In this document: one piece after another, positions 58,601-64,000 of the stretch
Position numbering within the stretch: the stretch's first letter is position 1
Layout: each line of letters starts with the position of its first letter
From: Bdellovibrionales bacterium
GTDB lineage: Bacteria; Bdellovibrionota; Bdellovibrionia; Bdellovibrionales; JAGQZY01
NCBI GenBank assembly: GCA_964230645.1
Contig: CAXRHT010000002.1
Location: forward strand, 640,001 to 704,000
Reading direction: 5' to 3'
Length of the DNA: 64,000 bases
Position numbers and translations under genes: made by a program
Notes under the pieces: generated by a model
Told to the model about the DNA's origin: nothing
Seen by the model: only the letters and a program-made list of their open reading frames with translations
Databases searched by the model: none

Positions 58601-59476
58601 ATGGCACACGATCACGATCATCCCACTGATAGTAAAGCCCTCTTTTGGGCCATCCTTGTAAATCTAGTATTAACAGTGGTTCAAGTGATTGGTGGTCTGC
58701 TTTCTGGAAGTTTATCCTTAGTCGCAGACGCTCTTCATAATCTTAGTGATGCGGGTGCTTTAGTTATCGCTTATATTGCTCAGAAAGTTTCAGGTCTTGA
58801 AGCTAATGAACAAATGACCTTTGGATACGGCCGAGCGCAAATCCTAGGAGCATTGATTAATAGCGTGACCCTAGTGGTTGTGGGAATTTATTTATTTTAC
58901 GAAGCTTGGACTCGTTTTAAGGACCCTCAACCCGTCGACGGTTGGCTTGTTATAGTGGTCGCATCCGTAGCACTTGTGGTCGATCTTTTCACCGCTTGGC
59001 TCACCCATGCCGGCTCAAAAGAGAATATTAATATGAGAGCCGCCTTTATCCACAATCTCTCTGATGCCATGGCCTCAGTGGCTGTCATTGTTTCTGGGAT
59101 TCTCATTCTCAATTTCAAAATATACTGGGTGGATCTTTTAGCCACAGTCCTTATCTCAGTCTATATTCTTTACCATTCGCTAGGACTGATAAACTCTTGT
59201 ATTCGGACTCTTATGCAAGCGGTTCCTGAAGGAATGGACCGCACCGAAGTCATAAATAAAATTAGAGAGGTTAAAGGAATACGAGACGTCCACCATGTGC
59301 ACATCTGGGCTGTGCATGAAAAGTTCATTTCTTTAGAGGCTCATATCGTAGTGGATCATATGACTTTAGAGGAAATTGAAGCCATAAAAGCAGAAACCAA
59401 GTTATTATTAAAAAAGGAATTCCACGTAAAGCACTCCACCCTTGAGTTTGAGCTTTTTGGTCTCAAAAACTGCTAA
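58601..59476 (+). CDS. Cation diffusion facilitator (CzcD/ZitB-like Zn/Co/Cd efflux)
   Basis: SLSLVADALHNLSD, TFGYGR, NMRAAFIHNLSD, HHVHIW. Confidence 0.93.
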   Translation: MAHDHDHPTDSKALFWAILVNLVLTVVQVIGGLLSGSLSLVADALHNLSDAGALVIAYIAQKVSGLEANEQMTFGYGRAQILGALINSVTLVVVGIYLFYEAWTRFKDPQPVDGWLVIVVASVALVVDLFTAWLTHAGSKENINMRAAFIHNLSDAMASVAVIVSGILILNFKIYWVDLLATVLISVYILYHSLGLINSCIRTLMQAVPEGMDRTEVINKIREVKGIRDVHHVHIWAVHEKFISLEAHIVVDHMTLEEIEAIKAETKLLLKKEFHVKHSTLEFELFGLKNC

Positions 59477-59511
59477 TTCAAAATTTAGATTAATTTTCTT
59501 TCGTCCCTTCG

Positions 59512-59664
59512 TTTAATGTCGTCCCTGAAGGTTAAATGTTGTCCTGGCCTTTTAACGTCGTCCTATCCTTTTAACGTCGTCCTATCCTTCTAACGTCGTC
59601 CTATCCATTTAACGTCGTACTGATTGTTTAATGTCGTCCTGATTTTTTAATGTCGTCCTGAGCG
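59512..59664. repeat. Tandem array of ~8 x 19-nt units running into the REP-like element
   Basis: Core TTTAA(C/T)GTCGTCCT plus 5 variable nt, at 59512, 59532, 59551, 59570, 59589, 59608, 59627, 59646. Confidence 0.9.
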
Positions 59665-59745
59665 TAGCGAAGGACCTTTGCCGAGGGCTGTGATTGATAA
59701 TGCGGGGCCAGTGGCGATAGATTCTTCGCTACGCTCAGAATGACA
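59651..59745. repeat. 95-bp palindromic REP/MITE-like element, copy 2 (inverted relative to copy 1)
   Basis: Arms identical to the reverse complement of 7093-7187; substitutions confined to the central part. Confidence 0.9.
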
Positions 59746-59884
59746 ATGGGTACGCTTAGAATGACAAAACGAAACACTACATCCAGTTTCGTCTTTTTAT
59801 TTCTGTAACGGTCATTTTTTTTAAAAGTTTTTTTGGAGTGGAAAGAGGCATTGATTTTATGCCTCTCTCAAATAGGATGGGAAT

Positions 59885-60157
59885 TTACTCGGCCGTTGTG
59901 CGGTCGATAACTCTGACGATTTTGGCAACATTGGTGCAAGGAAACTTTCCTTTTTCAGCATGCTCTTTCATTTGTTGCTCATTTTCTGCTACATATACAC
60001 AGAACACTTTATCGCCAGTGACATAGCTTTCAATCCAGTGAACAGGAGGATCCATATCTTTTGCAATTTCATTGGATCTTTGCGCCATTCCTTTGAAATC
60101 ACTTTCTGATAAGTCGCCTGCTCCTGATAAATCACGCTCGATGATAAACTTCGGCAT
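59885..60157 (-). CDS. DUF4242 domain protein
   Basis: MPKFIIER...VHWIESYVTGDKVFCVYVAENEQQMKEHAEKGKFP. Confidence 0.88.
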   Translation of the reverse strand: MPKFIIERDLSGAGDLSESDFKGMAQRSNEIAKDMDPPVHWIESYVTGDKVFCVYVAENEQQMKEHAEKGKFPCTNVAKIVRVIDRTTAE

Positions 60158-60275
60158 TTCATTCTCCTTTTTGGTTGTGTTGGGAATTAATAATTTTCAT
60201 TAAGTTTATCGAGTTCCAAAAAACTTGGCTATGCTAGGAGCTTATTATTGACCAAAGTATAAACAAGGTTCGACC

Positions 60276-63200
60276 TTAGTCTTTTCTGACTCGTACAAGT
60301 GTGCAGGTAATATCGTCTTCAGGCTCTACACCTTCGGTCATATCCGTAAGAGTTTCGGCAAACTTTTTTGAGGTCTGCTCCATATCTGGCCCTATGCATT
60401 TATTAAGAGCTTTGATGACTCGTCTGGTACTTATCATACGTCCCTTACTGTTCATAAGCTCATAAATTCCGTCTGTGGCTATAACAATGGTGTCCTCGTC
60501 TTTCAGATCATGTTCGATAGCACCGACTTTGAAGGTCCCGGGACACCCTAAAGGGCTTGAAGCTTCACTTAAGCTTGTGGTCTCCCCGGTTTTGTCCAAT
60601 ACGATGACTGGTGGACCACCGGCCGTCCAAATTTTCATTTTCTTTTCAACAGCATCAATTTCACAGATCACCATGGTCATCCAGTATTTACCGGAGCAAA
60701 CCTCTTGGAAAATGTCATTTAGGTTTTTAAGTCTATCAGCAAAGCTTTCCTCACCGGCTGAGTGCTGTAAGCTTTGAAAAATTCCAGCCACTACGGCGGT
60801 TACCATCGCAGCACCCGCACCGTGGCCTGTCACATCACCGACTGCCACCACGAGTTTGCTTTCTTCTTTATTTTCAAACCACCACCAGTCACCACCGGAC
60901 TGACTTGCGGACTCGTAACGGGTTGCCATATCAAAGTAAGAACTTTTTAATGTCGAGGTTGAAGGAAGAAGGAGTCCTTGCACCGCTTTGGTGACCTCTA
61001 AATCCTTGACCACTTCCCGTCTTTTTAACTCGAGAGCTGTGGATCTTGAAGCCTCAAAAGCCAGTGCGATTTGATTGGCAATTCCCATAAGAAACTGTAC
61101 GTCTTCAGCCACAAAGGCCCCACGATGAATCTGACTATCGAGGTAAAGCACTCCAATAAATTTATTTCCTGCTTTCAAGGGGGCGGCCACAATACTGCGA
61201 AGATCTTGAGCCACCGCACTTTTGGAGCCTAATAGTTCGCCCTCTTCAGTCCCTGTAACAAGAATGGGCTGCTGCTCCTCGACCACTTTTGAAATAATAG
61301 TGCTGGCATAGCCTCTGCCTTCTTTTAAATCTTGCTTTTGACTATCGCGACCAAGGGCAAATTTTAAACCTTTTGAGCCTTGGTCATCGAGTAAAAATAA
61401 GAAACCTCTTTGTGCGCCTAGAATGGATAAGATCTCATCAAGGGCTAAGCGAGCCTGTTCCTTTGGATCAAGAACCGCGCCAGAACCTAAACTGACCTCG
61501 AAAAGAACTTTTAATTTATTGGCTCTTTCTGCTGAATAAAGGAAAACGGCAATAAGTCTTGAAACTGTGTCCAAAACCTTTGCATCCGGTTCTGCAAAAA
61601 GTCCATCGGAGACCTTACTATCAAGGTAAATGGCTCCAACCACTTCATCTTGATGGATCAGAGGGGTGGCGATGACACTTTTTAAGCTATTAGCTACCAC
61701 ACTCTGTGCTCCCATTAGAGCTCCCTCACTGGTGGCAGCAATAATTTGAGTGCTTTTTTCTTCACAGACTTTTTGAATCAGAGTTTGGCTGTAGTTTTCA
61801 ATTTCTCTGACCTCGACTCCGCGAGAGTCTATGCCCTTTTCAAGTTGAAGCTCTGAGCTGCCCGCTTTTTTAAGAAACAAGAAGGCACGATCGGCCACCA
61901 TAGTTTTTAAAAGCTCTGACAAAATATTTTTTGTCATAGACTCCATGTCCGGTGATTTTGCGCATACCTGACTTATCGTCATTAAAGCTTCCATATGGTT
62001 TTCTAAAACTTCCACCGACTTCATATCACCACTGGAAACCTGTTGGCTTCGCGCCTCTTTGATTTTTAGTTGAGCCAACTCTTTTGAAAATTCATTACGC
62101 AATCGTGCACCACGATAGCCCCAACCATGTTCATCAGCCAAATCACTCGCCTGAGTGACATAATCAGTGAGTTCTTCGCTGTTATCTAATCGAGCCAGAT
62201 GAGCCCTTAACCGAAGAACTTGATATACTGCCCATGGATTATCACAGTCCTTGGCTAACTTTTCCACTTCATCGAGTGGCCCCCTAAGGGAGGCTGTTTT
62301 TCCATTAATAAAATTAAGTTCACAGTGAATGATCTGATAGTGACATTTCCAATGAGGAAGGGGGGAGGCCTTTTTCAGATCACTCAGGCAATGTTTTAAT
62401 CTCTTAAGCGCTTTCTTTTTTTCTTTCCCCTCGCTTACGCGGTATTCCTCAAGGGCTGCATAACTCATGTAAATAAACATGATTTTAAAAAACCAGGGAC
62501 TGGTCTCAGGGTTGACTTTGGATTGACGGAACTGAGTGATTAAATCATCGAGATGACTAACCCTCTCCCCTCTTTCCAGTTGATACAAAACTAAGTGTCC
62601 TAGATACCAGCACCAATCCAGATGTCCTTGAGGAACATCTTTGTATCTTTTTTCCAAATCCTGAAGAGTTTCCTTAAGTTCAGATTCGTATCCACCCACA
62701 GCGTAAACACCTAAGGCGACAGCCTCTGTGGCAGCGATAGGACCATTGGATTTCGTTTGATGAGCTGTTTTTAAACCCATATTGATAATTCTTAGAGCTT
62801 CTCTGCTGTAGCCTCTGATCAATAGGTTATTTCCTACCAAATCATTGGCAGTTGCGATCTGCCAACGAGGCGCCATCCACTTGCCATAATTAAAAAGCGT
62901 TTCTTTTTGAAAGTTTTCGGCTCTCAAAACATCACCTGACCAGTGAATACCCCAACCACACATGGAGCGGGTTAAGGCGACCAGTTGATTGTCTCCAGAC
63001 TCTTCCGCCCAACGAACAGCGTAGTCGGCCACACGGTTACAAGTCTTGGTCCACTGCCTCATCCCTAAATATATACAAAGACTAAAATAAGCCGGCAGAG
63101 ACTCTGGTCTTCGACCCACGTAGTGAGCGTGAATTAACATCCGAGGGACAATTTGAGTGGCTAGGTTCCATTTCAGCCCAATAAAAGTGGCGAAAAAACT

Positions 63201-64000
63201 AGGACTATAAAGTTTTAGGATCACTTTACGCTTCTCAAGCTCCTCGCCCGAGGCTTTGCCGTATCCCCACTGGGTAAAATATAAAAAGAGAACCTTTACC
63301 CACAGCCAGGCATTTAAAGTTTTCGCTAGAGGATTTGAGGATTTTAAGCTCTCTCCAAGGGACTTGAGACCCTTTTCACTTTCCTGCCATCCTTTAGCTC
63401 CTTGGTTTTCATTAAAGTAAGTGCTTGTTAAAAGGGAATGAATCCTTCCTCTAGTAAGAGGAGACTGAGCCACTTCGAGCACTCTTTGGCCATGCTCAAT
63501 GGCTTTGGTGCCATTTCCTAAACGGAAGTGAGCCACTCCTAAATTCTCATGGAGCTTTTCAAAATTTTGTCCCTGATCTTGGATATCGTATTTCTTACAA
63601 ACGGAATCGGCTGTTGTTAGTAGACGAACGGAATCTTCGTTAGAGAAATTTTGTAGAGATTGAATACCCGCTTCAAGGCTTGTGGAGTAAACTCGCTCAG
63701 GATTTTTTGAGATTTGTCCGCGGGCATAGTGATAAGCCATAGAATAAATATCTGTGGGTCTTTTTTCATCAAGAACTTCAGCGACTTTCTGGTGAAGCTC
63801 TTTGATATCATCCTGACCGAGCTTTTTAATAATCGCTTCAAGAACCCGGTCATGAACAAATTGAAACTCTTCTTCACTCACCTCTTCAAGGAGGTTGGCT
63901 TGAATTGCCTCATTAAGCGCCTTCTCAACTTGACCTGGCTTTTCGGTTAAAACAAAACCTAGCAATTCTTTATGAAACTTTCTTCCAATCACTCCAGCAA
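60276..64000 (-). CDS. Large multidomain signalling protein, 5'-truncated: STAND/AAA-associated helical region - GAF - GAF - SpoIIE/PP2C phosphatase
   Basis: IGRKF...FQFVHDRVLEA; two GAF repeats (SVIATPL..VGAIYLDS; SIVAAPL..IGVLYLDS); SGGDWW, GDVTGHG, TDGIYE, DDIT. Confidence 0.88.
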   Translation of the reverse strand, partial: AGVIGRKFHKELLGFVLTEKPGQVEKALNEAIQANLLEEVSEEEFQFVHDRVLEAIIKKLGQDDIKELHQKVAEVLDEKRPTDIYSMAYHYARGQISKNPERVYSTSLEAGIQSLQNFSNEDSVRLLTTADSVCKKYDIQDQGQNFEKLHENLGVAHFRLGNGTKAIEHGQRVLEVAQSPLTRGRIHSLLTSTYFNENQGAKGWQESEKGLKSLGESLKSSNPLAKTLNAWLWVKVLFLYFTQWGYGKASGEELEKRKVILKLYSPSFFATFIGLKWNLATQIVPRMLIHAHYVGRRPESLPAYFSLCIYLGMRQWTKTCNRVADYAVRWAEESGDNQLVALTRSMCGWGIHWSGDVLRAENFQKETLFNYGKWMAPRWQIATANDLVGNNLLIRGYSREALRIINMGLKTAHQTKSNGPIAATEAVALGVYAVGGYESELKETLQDLEKRYKDVPQGHLDWCWYLGHLVLYQLERGERVSHLDDLITQFRQSKVNPETSPWFFKIMFIYMSYAALEEYRVSEGKEKKKALKRLKHCLSDLKKASPLPHWKCHYQIIHCELNFINGKTASLRGPLDEVEKLAKDCDNPWAVYQVLRLRAHLARLDNSEELTDYVTQASDLADEHGWGYRGARLRNEFSKELAQLKIKEARSQQVSSGDMKSVEVLENHMEALMTISQVCAKSPDMESMTKNILSELLKTMVADRAFLFLKKAGSSELQLEKGIDSRGVEVREIENYSQTLIQKVCEEKSTQIIAATSEGALMGAQSVVANSLKSVIATPLIHQDEVVGAIYLDSKVSDGLFAEPDAKVLDTVSRLIAVFLYSAERANKLKVLFEVSLGSGAVLDPKEQARLALDEILSILGAQRGFLFLLDDQGSKGLKFALGRDSQKQDLKEGRGYASTIISKVVEEQQPILVTGTEEGELLGSKSAVAQDLRSIVAAPLKAGNKFIGVLYLDSQIHRGAFVAEDVQFLMGIANQIALAFEASRSTALELKRREVVKDLEVTKAVQGLLLPSTSTLKSSYFDMATRYESASQSGGDWWWFENKEESKLVVAVGDVTGHGAGAAMVTAVVAGIFQSLQHSAGEESFADRLKNLNDIFQEVCSGKYWMTMVICEIDAVEKKMKIWTAGGPPVIVLDKTGETTSLSEASSPLGCPGTFKVGAIEHDLKDEDTIVIATDGIYELMNSKGRMISTRRVIKALNKCIGPDMEQTSKKFAETLTDMTEGVEPEDDITCTLVRVRKD

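Noticed and set aside
59512..59664. 19-nt array as a CRISPR array
   Set aside because: The variable part is only ~5 nt, there are no unique spacers, and no cas genes are in the window

Overview
This window looks like chromosomal DNA from a Bdellovibrionota-like, probably predatory bacterium. That is an inference from the FQNC-type lipoprotein signal, a giant Ig-repeat lipoprotein, many orphan secreted proteins, a CheW-less CheA-like kinase, PilZ proteins and sigma-28-like promoters. It holds about 55 CDSs. Housekeeping genes include pyk, cdd, greB, ppiC, a DEAD-box helicase, RluA and MnmC-like enzymes, a CDF transporter and an ABC transporter; there are also many envelope and lipoprotein genes. 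Two tRNAs are present (Met-CAT, Asp-GTC), each followed by degenerate short repeats and accessory DNA. After tRNA-Asp lies an accessory stretch: four-helix-bundle gene, AT-rich HEPN gene, glycine-zipper lipoprotein, M23, ASCH, ParB-like and a toxin-like secreted protein. The most unusual signal is a 95-bp palindromic REP/MITE-like element present twice (7093-7187, 59651-59745). All four of its ends carry outward tandem iterations of the terminal motif, with different periods (16, 13, 19 and 21 nt). Other notable items: sigma-28 promoters placed to give leaderless mRNAs, a recurring (G/T)TCTCA-N3-TGAGA(C/T) intergenic palindrome, a phosphatase-PilZ fusion, an HNH-HRDC fusion, a canonical C2H2 zinc-finger protein and a probable AUU-initiated rhomboid. 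No CRISPR array, integrase, transposase or reverse transcriptase was seen. All domain calls come from motif recognition by eye, not from database searches.
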